Of a stretch of 64,000 bases of DNA, positions 53,101 to 64,000 are shown in pieces (positions within the stretch are counted from its first letter, which is position 1; every line of letters begins with the position of its first letter). The notes below the pieces were generated by a model, which ran no database searches, was not told the origin of the DNA, and saw only the letters and a list, made by a program, of their open reading frames with translations. Source of the DNA: Peribolospora baueri (Eukaryota); NCBI GenBank assembly GCA_029717555.1, contig JAMDHS010000004.1, positions 372,001-436,000 of the forward strand. The letters run 5' to 3'. Both the position numbers and the translations under genes were made by a program.

Positions 53101-53876
53101 CCTGGGCGTTTCGTACTCGACGTTCAAAGGCGGCGGTGGCACCAAGCCTAGTGAGGGCGGGCTGGAAGAAGAGCCGGGCGTGCTTATAGCCCTCTGGAGA
53201 AAGCTGCTGTTGCTGCTGCTGCTGCCGGTGCCGATGCCCAAGATGGACGTTGCATGATGGGTGGGAGAGGCTGGAGGAAGGGGTGCGGCAGCGCCAACGC
53301 TCGTGTTCAGAGGGGATGAGCCCGGCGTCGCGGGGGCCTTAGGCAAGTGGGTCGAGCTTGCCCTGGGACTGCTGTGGGGGGAGTTGCTTTGCGAGCTCGG
53401 CCCTCCTTCACTGGCGCTGCTCGGCAGGCTCCTGGTGGTGGAAGCCGGGGTGGAGGAAGAGGCCACGGCGATCAAGGCCGGGTTGACGCCGGTGAGGTCG
53501 CGTTCAGGCGGACCAGAGACAGCGGAGAAGAGGACGTGAAAGGCGCCATCGCGGATGAAACCGATGTCGCCAAGGTGGAGCGGGGAGGGGTTCCAGAGCG
53601 GGAGGCCCTCGCCGTGGATGTAGAGCTGGGCGGCGTAGATCTAGAGAGAGAAGCGGGAGGCGATGGAAGAAAGGGGGAAGGGCGAGCATGAAAGAGGGAA
53701 AGGCGAGCATGAAGGAGGGAAGGACGGGGCAAAAAGGGGTAAGCTTGGATCAGTGTCGCGTTGAGGGCAAGCAAATCGAACGCAAGGCCGGCAGCGAGGA
53801 GATTTGTTCGGCAGGGCGGCCACGGGGAGGGATGCGAGGAGTGGAAGGAGAGACTGACGTCTGCCAAGCCGCTCAT
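50199..53876 (-). CDS. 12-exon gene, 766 aa; candidate basidiomycete gasdermin-like / beta-pore-forming protein
   Basis: Hand-built exons: 53876-53859, 53640-53101, 52981-52790, 52709-52671, 52571-52367, 52233-51952, 51847-51809, 51692-51484, 51362-51303, 51202-51106, 50980-50588, 50425-50199. All introns are GT-AG with consistent phases, giving a 2301-nt open frame. Confidence refers to the gene model; the function is inference. Confidence 0.85.
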
Positions 53877-54932
53877 CTTGGTCGTCCGTCACGACGGCCT
53901 CCGGTGAGGAAAGGGTGGGAGGAGCGGGTGGTGCTTGCGTTGGGCTGGCTTGAATGGGAGGTTGGGGAAGAGGATGGTGTGAAGGAGGGAGGTGATGGTG
54001 GGAAGGAGGAGCAGTCGGCGCACCTCTTCCTTTTTCTTTTCCTGTATGCGTCTCGAGACCGACTCGACTACCAGTCGCCGTCGTCGTCGTCGTCGTTGCT
54101 GTCTCGACGCTCTTGTCGTCTCGTCTCGTCTCGTCTCGTCTCGTCTCCGTCACTCCGCTCCACACCGCCATCACCTCCGTCCTCATCTCATCTCATCTCT
54201 TTCCGCCTCATAACCCCCCGATCTTCCCTCCCTCCGTCTCCCTCCGCCTCCCGACCGCCCAGTGACGAAACGCACTACTGTAGCTGCATGCATACCCCCG
54301 CCCTCACTTGCCTAGCCTAGCCAATGCTATGATACGATCACTTGCTTACTGCGGCGCCGAATGACCAAAGCGCAACCACGCCGCGAGTATCTATACAGAC
54401 TCTATCTTGTGTAGACAGACTCGACTCGACTCGACTCCATCAGCCAACCCCTGAAGCTGAAGCTGAAGCGTCGCTCGCCGCAGTCGGCCAACACCCCCAC
54501 ACGTCCCCGCAGCACCCCTGTCTGTCCTCCTCCTATCCGCGTAGGCACACAGAGACTCCTCTTTCTCCCTGACACCGCCAGTCGTGCAGACGTGGAGCGG
54601 AGCGGAGCAGAGTGAGATCGCCCTCGCCTCCGACCCTTTTCGTCATCATGCACAGGGGCCGCCCAAGTGGCGTGACGTGTACGGCGACGACGACGACGAT
54701 CGCGCCCTCTCCGTCTCTCGCGTTGTTTACTCGGAGTAAGGCGCATCGTCGATACCAATCCATCTCGCGCCTTCCGCACGAACTGCGGCCGAAAAAGAGG
54801 TATCATTGCAGATGAAAGTGTCTCAGGCGTCGGATCCGCGCAAACAAGAGAAACACGTACAAAAAGAGGCAGCCGGTCGGTCGGTATGCACCATCAAGGA
54901 ACAGGAAGGAAGGAACGAAGAAAGGAAAAGGG

Positions 54933-57900
54933 CTACAAGGCGGAGGGCGAATCGACCTCTTCACCGTCCCCGTCTTCCTTGGCCACCGCCTCCGCTTCCT
55001 CCATCTCCTCCAACGGAACGTTCTGCGGACGAGGGCTCCTCGGCACCTCCGCCTCGAGGATCTGCGTGTTTCGATAAAGGGAAGCGAAAATGAAAAAAAA
55101 ATCGCGAATGCGACGGTCAGGCTAAATCAAACAAACGAACTACCCATCTCGTCCGTCGCGCCGTGACCGAACCACTTCGCTCACCTCCCTCTTCAGCTCC
55201 TCGCCGCTGACATTGAGCCGATCCGAGCTCGTTCCCGACGCCCCGTCGTCCTCCTCGTCTTCCTCCTCCTCGTCCACGCCCATGATCTTGGCCTTGCGGA
55301 ATACCTCCGACTCCTCCGACACCTGCGCCCGCCCCATACTCTCCACAGGAGACCTCGGAGACGAAATCCGCCCATCCGTCTTATCCACCACACTCATGTC
55401 GATCCGTAGCCCGCCACGCCCCCCCGGTTCGGAGGAGGCGAGCGCGAGCGATCGCGACGACGACCTTTCATTCTCCTCCTCTTCTTCGTTCTCCTTCGCC
55501 TCCTCCTCCGAGTCTTCCCCGTCCGAATCGTCGTCGTCCTCCTCATCAGAGTCGCCGATCGAGAACGTGGGCGACGACAACGACGAATCGATGACCGGCT
55601 CATGAAGAAAGTGGGCCGCCTGCGACCGTGGTGACACCGTCTCGGGACGCGTATCTAAGGTCGTCGGCGGATCGACGCGGACAGTGGGCGATTTTTTAAA
55701 CAAGTCGTCCATCCGCTTCGCCAGGTCCTCCAGGTCGTCATTGACCGCCAACGCGTCCTCTAAAAACAGGCCAGGCCCACATCCACGTCAGTGCCCTTTG
55801 CCGACAAGCACGGATAGCACCATTTCACGCTCCCCACACTCACCTAGCTGCTTCCCTTCCTGAATGGAACCAATCACATTCACGAGCTTGGTCCGCACCA
55901 CCTTAGTTTTCCGTACCAGCTCCTCGCCCTTCTCCTTTGCCTCCTCCCGATAAACACCCGTCCTAGCCCGCCTCTGCTCCTCCGAAAGGAACGCCAACAA
56001 CGCCTGCCTCGCTCGCCCGGCAGACGCGATCAGCTCTTCCGCCCGCTCCGCTGTCGCACCGTTCACACGCTGGCGAGCGCCTTGCTCCTCCGCTGCTTGT
56101 GCTGCTTGTGCTGCTGCTGCTGCGGCGACGGCGGCGGCGACCCTTTCCTGTTCGTCTTTCTGTTCCTTGACCGCACGGTGCACGACACTCTTGTAGATGG
56201 GCGCGGCGATGGGCTGCTTGAGACCTTTTGTCGTTGCCCTTGCTTGAGCGAGCTCGGTGTTGCGGATGCAGCATTGAAGAATCTCTTGGGACAGGTGTGC
56301 AAAGTCCGGGTCGTTTGGCTGCAGAGAAGCGAAAGCGAGCACGAGCCGCGAGAGTGAGGAAACGTTCTGGCCAACATAACATGAACTAGAAGGGCACTTA
56401 CTGGGATGTTGAGGTCCAGGCACCGAATGCTCTGGTTCATCTTGAGCGACGCAGCTAGGGCCATCACTCCGGCTATATCGATCTCGTAATTTTCAGTAAG
56501 GTCGAGATGGATTACACTCGAAGCCTCGGCAAGGAACTCGGCGAGCGCGATGGCTCCCTCCGATGAGAGGTTGGTGTCGTTCAGGAAGAGACGTTTCAAA
56601 TTAGTGTTGAGGGCGAATGCAGTGCGAAGCGTAGAGATCTAGTACGGGTAACGGTGGACACGGGGCAAGCTTTCAGTGAACCCAGCCCTGCCGATGTGCG
56701 CCTCCATCTAACACTCACGCCTTCAAGTCCAGGCCCGCAGCACGGATTCCGGCTCATGTCCAGCGTCTCTAAGGTGTTGTTGTATTTCTGTACACGAGAG
56801 GGGTGAAATAGGGAAACAGTTAGTGGAAAGCAAAATCAGTACACCCTCACGACGAAAAGGAAAGCGGAACGGAGGCCCACCAAAGCTTCCGCAATGGCGA
56901 TCAAGCCGTGCATCTCGATGTTGTTGTCGCTGAGGTTGAGCACTTTGAGCGTCCTGTTCTTCTTGAGCACCTGCGCGATGTACACCACCCCTCCCTGCGA
57001 CGCGAGCAAAGACAGGGCGATAACATCAGTTAGAGCTCATAGGCTGGGCCCGAATCGAAACCCCAATAGGCTGAAAGCCTCCTTTAATCCAAGGAGGAAT
57101 CTCTGACACGCCCACGAGCGCTACACACCCTGATATCGTTCGACTTGAGGTCGAGCGTCAAAAGACTACCGATGCGAGGTAAATCGGCAAGGAGCTTCTG
57201 CGCTTTCCTCGTCTGCGCGATCATCACCTCCTCCTCTTCCCTCATCGACCTCTTCTGCCCGCTGAGATCGCCTTCCACCGGCCCCGCTCCGTCCTCAGCT
57301 CGCCGCGGCGACGACAGACCCAAGCGCCCATCGAGCCCTGATGAAAACGATCCCCCCCTGCCGGTTGGAGCCGCAACGATGGGCGGGATGGTTGGTAAAT
57401 TCGGCGAAGCGGGTCTCACGGGAAGAGCGGAAGGGGAAGGTTGAGCCCAGCCTCCTCCACCGCTTGTCGCGTCGAACAACGCCTTCCTAGCCGCCGGGGA
57501 ACTCGACGGCGTGGCTCCCGACGAGCCAACGGCCGCACCCGTGGCGACCCCAAATGCAGGCCCGGTAGAACGAGGTGCGTTACTAGTCCTGGCGGGATAA
57601 GGTGTAGTGGGCACGCTAGAAGTGCGGGGACCGTACGCGGCGAGGAGGGATTCGGAGGAAGCGCTGTCCGGGTAGTCCTTGAGCATGACCGCGAGCGCAA
57701 CCACGCCCATTGCGCCGATCCGATTGCGGCGAAGGGAAAGATGTCGAAGGTTCGAATTGCGGATGCCATGGGCTGTGTGAACCGGAGATAGGGCGAGGTA
57801 CGAAAACGGAGCACGCGTCCCCATGGTCGAATGAGAAACAGCAATGGGCCAGCAGGGTCCAATCACGATACGGAAAACTATCTAGTTTTGACGACTCCAC

Positions 57901-60554
57901 TCACCGAGCACCTCTAAACTGGCCGTCTTCAACCCGCAATTTTCAAGCCTCAGCGAAATGACGGCTGATGGTAAATCCTCTCCCTGGTCGAGCACCTGTC
58001 GCAGTAGGGGCGCCCCAGGGATGAGCGGCTTCTCGTCCTCCTCGTCGTACTCGTCAGCCTCCGTTTCCGGCAGGGCGGCCTTGTCCTTCTTCACCGCTTC
58101 CTCTGATGTCGCTGCTTCCGTCTTCAACGAGACAGCCTTTGCCTCGTCGGCCGGCAGTGAAGATGCATGACTCGCAGTATCACCAGAAGGATGCCGCGGT
58201 TCGTCCTCGGCCTTCTGATGCCCATTCGCAGCCGACACCGACTCCAACTTCCCGCCGTCGACCACCCTGGCGTCCACCTCTCCCTCTTCTTTCAAGCTAC
58301 CCCGGCCCAGACCATCCCGACCAGACTCAATAGATGCAAAACGATCGGCAGGAGTGTCCACTCCAGATTGATTCGCGTCCCACTTGGAAACTGGCGTCGA
58401 AGGCGGGCTCGCGACCAGCGACAGCGGTGTAGAAGGACCGGGAGCCGGCGGGACTACAGTCTCTTTCCCGGACGACGGCGACGAACGGGCCTCTGGTTTG
58501 ACGAGAGCCTGAATGATGTTGTCGAGCCCTTGTTTGGAGATGGAGTTTTCGGACAAGTCCAGATAGCGGAGTTGGCGTGCCTGCGCGAGGGGACGGCGAA
58601 AGGGCAAGATACGACCGCTACAGATGAGCATTCTGTTTCAAACCAAACAAATCGACCTACGAGGGGAACGATAAGTTCCAGGCTTACTCTTCGCATGAAT
58701 ATGGCGACGTACTTCCACCCCTTGTTCTTTACCTTCCTGTTCCCGGCTAGGGACAGGTTGGGCAAGGTACCGGAGACGAGGAGGGCGTGGATGAGGGGTT
58801 TGAGGCACTGCAGGGGGGGGATACCGTGTTGAAGGAAAGAACCGGTTCAGTTCGCTATAATTCGGCACCTGCTCTCACTACGTCTCAGACCCGCATCTTC
58901 CTCCCGGTCACCAACGCCACCAATCCAACTGATCTCAAATATGAGAGCACAGACGGTATAGTACCACTGCATGCCGAAAGAAACCTGAAATGGCTATCCC
59001 AGTCAACTTACGTCATCCGTCAATTCACAGTTCTCCAGAACGAGCTTCTGCAGTCCGAAATCCACGCTAAGCAAGTCCGCGATGGGCTCCATGGACTGTC
59101 GAGTGAGGTGAACGAAGGAGAGATCGAGCGTGCGAAGTTGGCGCGGGGTGGAGAGGGAAGCTTGCTGTTGATGGAGGATGTTCAAATTGGAGGAAAGTGA
59201 AGCCGAGGAGATGATTGCAATGAGAAAACTGACGCAATGCCCAAAATCGATGGAGACTCCTTTAAAGGACCAAACTCGTTGCCCATCTTAGACTCCAGCT
59301 CCACTCCATACTCACCGCAAAAGCGCCTCTCAATTTTGCCAACGGCGTCTCCTCTCGCACTTTACAGCATTCCAGATACAGCTTCTCCAGCTCCTCTGGC
59401 GCCCACTTTTTTCCCTTCCTTTCCAAAAGCTTCTGTCGATGCGCCCTTTCGACTCTCACGCGCGTTGCATCCTCTGCACAGGGGGCTTCTTTGGAGATGG
59501 GGTAGGTGACGGTCATGTTGGAAATTGCGAATTGGACGCGCTTCAAGGGCTCGGTGGAGGAGGTCGGGTTCGGAGGTGTGGCGGGGTCAGGTCCACGTAC
59601 GGCAGTGTGGGCGTTGGCGATGAACGGAAGGGTGGAGTTGGAAGAGGAGGGCGAAGCCGGGGAGGAGGGGACATTGGAGTAGGAGACAGCGGAAGGTGAA
59701 CCGGGGCTCAGAGGCGGCGAGGACAGAGGAGCGCCCGCAGACTGACTCTGATAATTCTGCTGATCCCTCGATCCGGACACAGAAGCATCAGTAGCAAATG
59801 CAGAGGTAGCACCAAAGCTGCCAGCGGCAATGGACAACCTCTTCAAAGCGCCGCTGAATAGGCTTCCAGCTGCTGAGGCGGTGCTCCCTTGCGGTACAGG
59901 AACCTGGACGTTGACACCCTGCTGAGCGAGGCGCTGGTTAAGGGACTGAATAATATCTCGGCGGAAGGAGAAGCCCTGCTTCGGCGGAGGGGGTGTTTTG
60001 AGGATGCCTTTGGGTTGCTGCGTGCCTCGGCGACGCTTAATCGTAGACCGAGGTCGGAGGGGCGTTTCCTCTTGTCGACCTCCGGTAGGGGCGGAAGAGA
60101 GAGACGGGGCAAGAGGAGGGGAGGAGGCGGAGGACGAAGAAGACGGAGATGGGGAGATGTTTACAGGACGCCCGGGGGGTGACATCCCGGCGGGAACTTG
60201 AAGCTCAGATCCAGCTTGAGGCAGGGAGGATGGAGAGGTTGAAGACGAGCTGCTGGCGGCATCGTGCGAGTTCGCGTTCCCCACGGCATTTGATGACAAA
60301 GATTCTGGGTCTGATCCAGTCGTAGTCACCGTCCCTTGCGCTGGGGTAGTGGTTGGTCGAAGGTGCTCCTCGCCTCCGACCCGAGCAGCCAAAACCGAAG
60401 GAGACGGAGGTGCGCCCGGAACAGCTGGTCGTCCGTCAACGACGCTCGGATCGGGGGAAATAGGTGATGCTAGAGCAGAGGGCGAGGGCAGATCGGGAGC
60501 AGGAGCAGCAGTGTTGTCACAGTCCTGGTTCATCTTGTCCACCTCGTCATCCAT
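54933..60554 (-). CDS. RNI-like leucine-rich-repeat protein, Mhp1/PPP1R37-like putative PP1 (Glc7) regulator; multi-exon
   Basis: Disordered N-terminus with KGILK and PLKRVQF; LYLECCKVREETP; RNI-type LRRs (LRTLDLS, LQKLVLENCEL, LSLAGN, LRYLDLSENSI, LRHLSLRRNRIG, LDLKSNDIR, LKVLNLSDNNI, LKRLFLNDTNL, HLDLTEN); acidic C-terminus ending ILEAEVPRSP...SAL-stop. Confidence 0.85.
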
Positions 60555-61572
60555 CGCAAGGAGGCCGGGAGGGTGGGAAAGGTGACGTGCGCGTGGAAAC
60601 AACTCTAGTCGTTCATGAGCTGTGTGGAGTGTGTCGAGGCGCAAAAGGGAGAGATGACGAGGAGAGAAGCGAAAGAAGCGGAGAGGGACAAGAAAGATGC
60701 GGGAAGAGCGATGAAAGCTGAGAATCTCCGGGTCCAAGTCGACGAGGCGTAACGCCACGACCCGCGGCCGACGCTCAGGACCGCGGTGCCTTGGCTGCGG
60801 CAACTTGGCGGCGGTGCTTTGCTGCGGCACGATCGGAGCTTAAGGCTTAGACGCGCTTATCGGCGAAGTGTCATCTTGGCTGTCGACGTGACGACTCTTC
60901 GCTCCGAGGACATATACCCAAGCCGTCGAGGTGGTTTGAAGGACAAGTCGTTGCCCTCGGTACGCCACGGACGCAGCTGAGGATGCTACTGCCCGAATTC
61001 CCCCCTCGGTCTCGCATGGCCTTTACACCCAGCGCCGTGTCCGGCAACCACTGGTCTTCAAGTGCACCGATGTTCCGGGACCTCGTGAAACGGGGGTCGC
61101 CCGCATCCATTCATCCCAGGGAGCAAACAAGCGAGTATTTGTTTGACAGGCTGTACTCCAAACAGACGGTACATGCTCACGAGATACGAACGGCTCAGAA
61201 AGCGGGTCCGGACGACGACGACAGTAAGACAAAAGCCCTAGACGAGTGGTACGTGCGCCTGGCTTGCTGCGGCGCCTCACATCCACCACCTCTTTGTCCC
61301 TTCGTCTCTCCGTCCACCATCAGGAAAGCGTGTCACACACTCGCAGTGGCAGATGACTTCTGCGTCAAAGTATATAAGGCACTGCTCGCCCTGCACGTTC
61401 ACCATCCCCTTTTCTCTCCACAGCAGTTCTTGCATCCTCACGCCCCATTTAGCCCTTTCGCAGCGCGAAAACGTCACCACAACGCCCCTTACCTGGACTC
61501 TATCTCATTTACACATCCATCCATCCGCCAATTCGCCCATTCGTTTGTACAAGGAACTTCCGGGACCTCAAG

Positions 61573-62559
61573 ATGTCTTTCTTTCGCTTCTCCGATGACT
61601 CCGACGACTCCCTGGACGTGGTCGTCTCCAATGAGCCTTCGATCCAGGTCCGTCTCTCACATGGGTCTTACGGACAGGAAGCTCAAGCCGATGGCATGCC
61701 CTCGGATGGATATCCTCCCAACGACGTTCCCCGTGTCCCTTCCTTCCCCCCTCCGCCGTACAACCTTTTCGACGAAACCGTCGCCTTTTGCTCGCCCTCG
61801 CCCACCACTGGGGTTGACTTGCAGTTGCTTTCTCAGAGACATCATGCCCAGGCACCCAGGATTGGAGCCTGCTCTTGTCCTGGATGTATAGCCGTCGATA
61901 CGCATTTCCTTCTGAGTACGACCAGCAGGACCCATCGCCCCACTCCGCCTCACACTTTTCCTTCCTCTCCCACCTCTACTTCGCCTCCTCCCTCCACCTC
62001 AAACTCGTCCAGCCACCCCGCCTTGACCATGGCTTCTCGTGGGTACGTTATCAACTCGGCACCTTCTCGCAATATCATCGTCCACGTTTCCAAATCCCAT
62101 CACGCTCCTACTGGCCTAGGAGCACTCAAGGTGCCCGGTCTCCCTTTCCCGTATGGACGGTCCATTTCGAATACCGAGGCTGGGGGCAATACGGGCGGGA
62201 ACGCCTCTGGAGCCCCTCTCGCTCATTCTCTCACCACCCCTCGCCGGCCCTCGTCATCTACGTCTGCCACTTCGACCCTCATCCACGCGCTTCTCCACCC
62301 CCGCCAAACTCCTCATATCTCCCCCGTGGAGCGTGCCCGAGCCATGATAAAGATCTTCCTCGGCGCGCTTATGGTGGACGGATGGACTAGGGCCACCTCC
62401 ACTGATGATGTCCATGACGGCGACAGCGCTGTTCCTCTCGCCACCGCTGAAGCCGCCATCTCTGCCAACGCGCCCAGCTCGACAAACGACAACGTCAATG
62501 CCGACGCGAACATTAGGACCGGTAGGAGCGCCCTTTTGGATGACCTTCTCTCGTTTTAA
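61573..62559 (+). CDS. Hypothetical Ser/Pro/Thr-rich protein (328-aa ORF), family unknown
   Basis: ATG-initiated 328-codon ORF with one helix-like segment (VERARAMIKIFLGALMVDGW). No recognisable motif; overlaps another ORF (60983-61891). Confidence 0.3.
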   Translation: MSFFRFSDDSDDSLDVVVSNEPSIQVRLSHGSYGQEAQADGMPSDGYPPNDVPRVPSFPPPPYNLFDETVAFCSPSPTTGVDLQLLSQRHHAQAPRIGACSCPGCIAVDTHFLLSTTSRTHRPTPPHTFPSSPTSTSPPPSTSNSSSHPALTMASRGYVINSAPSRNIIVHVSKSHHAPTGLGALKVPGLPFPYGRSISNTEAGGNTGGNASGAPLAHSLTTPRRPSSSTSATSTLIHALLHPRQTPHISPVERARAMIKIFLGALMVDGWTRATSTDDVHDGDSAVPLATAEAAISANAPSSTNDNVNADANIRTGRSALLDDLLSF

Positions 62560-63696
62560 TCAGAGCCTATTCCGCTCGCCACCCGACTCGAATCAGATAT
62601 GGTCTATTTGGAACTCGAACCCGCCATTGGTCCGCCGGGCGAGGTTTCAAGCTGGGAAACTCTGAGCTTCCTCTGCGTCGAGCACCACCTCCAAGACCCC
62701 ATTTCCGGGCCTCGCACCATGGTTCCTCAAGCTCTGTCCACGCACGCTGCAGTACATCCCCTCACTCCCCTCCTGGACGATGTCCAACCTTGCCAAACCC
62801 TTTCTGCATGCGTCACCAATTTTGTTCACATCTTCACCTGTGTTTCGACCAGTCCGCCGGGACGATCAGTCAGCCAAATCAGCTGCCCTTCAGGGCGTAT
62901 AATCACGAGTGTAGTTTACTATTTTTCCCGCTCTGAGATCGCGAATTGAATCCACGTCAACTCAGAGTAGCGCTCGTCCCCGTCGAGGTCGAACCAGCGG
63001 AAAACGACGTGACGTGGTGAGTCCGAAGAAGAGAAAACTGAACCCTTGCACGTCCCCTGAAACTCGTCCTTTTTGACTGGTCCGGCCATGTGGTCGTTGG
63101 CGAAGGTGCATAAACTCCTGAGGCATCCTGTCGATCCGGTTCCGATCCGATATGGAACCCCTTCGTGTCTCCGCTAGAAAGACTGCATCGAGGAGGAAAA
63201 AAATCAAAGGTGGCGCGATCAATAGACGTCCACACGTGAATGTGAATGAAGGAAGGCATTTCATTTCATTTGGAGGGACGGTCGGTCGGGACGGAGGCTC
63301 TGCTCTGCGTACATGGATGTAAGCGGGCAGAGAAGGTGAACGGAAAGAGCGAAAGAGAGGAAGAGGTGGGGAAGAGCCTCATTGGGAGGACGAGAAGTCG
63401 AAGGGCGCGGGGGTTCCTCACCCGTCCAGAGATGGTTAGAAAGAACGGGAATAACGATAATAAAAAGAAAATAAAATTGTGTTGGTGATGGACGTCAAAC
63501 GATAAACAGTTCGCTCCAAATGTCGTGTCGGGTCATTTCCATAAAGTAAGCGCTTGTGCAATCTTGTCCCGGTACATAAGATACCTATCGCCTCTTCCCT
63601 CTTCCAATCCCATATCTTCTCAAACGATGTGGACCTCGCCACCTTTCCCCCCGACCCCCGCTTCCTCTACTCAAACCGAGACATATTCAGCTCTCA

Positions 63697-63942
63697 CAGC
63701 GGCGGAAACTCGGCGACCAAGTCAGGGCCACACCACTCCAACATAGCTTCCGTCCACCTCTTGACGTGCGGGCCTGAATCCTCCCAAACCTGCTTGACTA
63801 CCTGCGCGCCGCACACACGCGTGTAGACATATCCGCTAGAGGGCCGAGAAGAAGGAAAAAAAAGCGAAATGAGCGATTGAATGAGAGTCTGGTGAGATAC
63901 GAAGGCAGGGGATATGGGAGACTTACCCAAAGAGGGAGAACT
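63697..63942 (-). CDS. Internal exons of an unidentified gene entering from the right edge
   Basis: CAG|TTCTCCCTCTTTGG|GTAAGT micro-exon (FSLFG) followed by TAG|...GYVYTRVCGAQVVKQVWEDSGPHVKRWTEAMLEWCGPDLVAEFPP|GTGAG; phases are compatible. Confidence 0.4.
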
Positions 63943-64000
63943 GTTCCGAGCCCGGTCAAAGATGAGGAACCCACGGGGAAAGAGGAAGTAAGAGATGGGT

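Noticed and set aside
54933..60554. LRR gene as an NLR-type immune sensor paired with the gasdermin-like gene
   Set aside because: There is no NACHT/NB-ARC P-loop or protease domain. The RNI-type LRRs and PP1 motifs fit a conserved Mhp1-like protein, so adjacency alone is weak evidence.
1..64000. tRNA, rRNA, telomeric repeats or intact transposase/RT genes
   Set aside because: None recognised by eye. A covariance-model scan was not possible, so small ncRNAs cannot be excluded.

Overview
This is intron-rich, GC-rich fungal genomic DNA. The GTGAG/GTCAG donors, single-chain FAS and gene families point to a basidiomycete; the species cannot be determined. Genes in order: a Rua1_C-type transcription factor (-, runs off the left edge); an ~8.3 kb microsatellite-rich non-coding stretch; RFC5 (-); an ICL/PEP-mutase-family OAH/DMML-like lyase (+); a Dal5-type MFS permease (-); an Env7/STK16 kinase (+); POP5 (-); a secreted type-B carboxylesterase (+); a ~5.5 kb atypical island with a 34-bp tandem array and an intronless, frameshifted epoxide hydrolase; a single-gene type I fatty acid synthase (-); COX11 (+); a 12-exon gene largely missed by the ORF track (-); an MHP1-like LRR protein with PP1-docking motifs (-); and poorly defined ORFs at the right end. 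The main finding is the 12-exon gene at 50199-53876. Spliced by hand it encodes 766 aa whose motif order, two amphipathic beta-hairpins and small C-terminal module suggest a basidiomycete gasdermin-like pore-forming protein with no neighbouring protease. The second is that the FAS ketosynthase lacks the ~85-90 aa helical insertion found in yeast-type fungal FAS. All family assignments come from motif recognition; no database searches were run.
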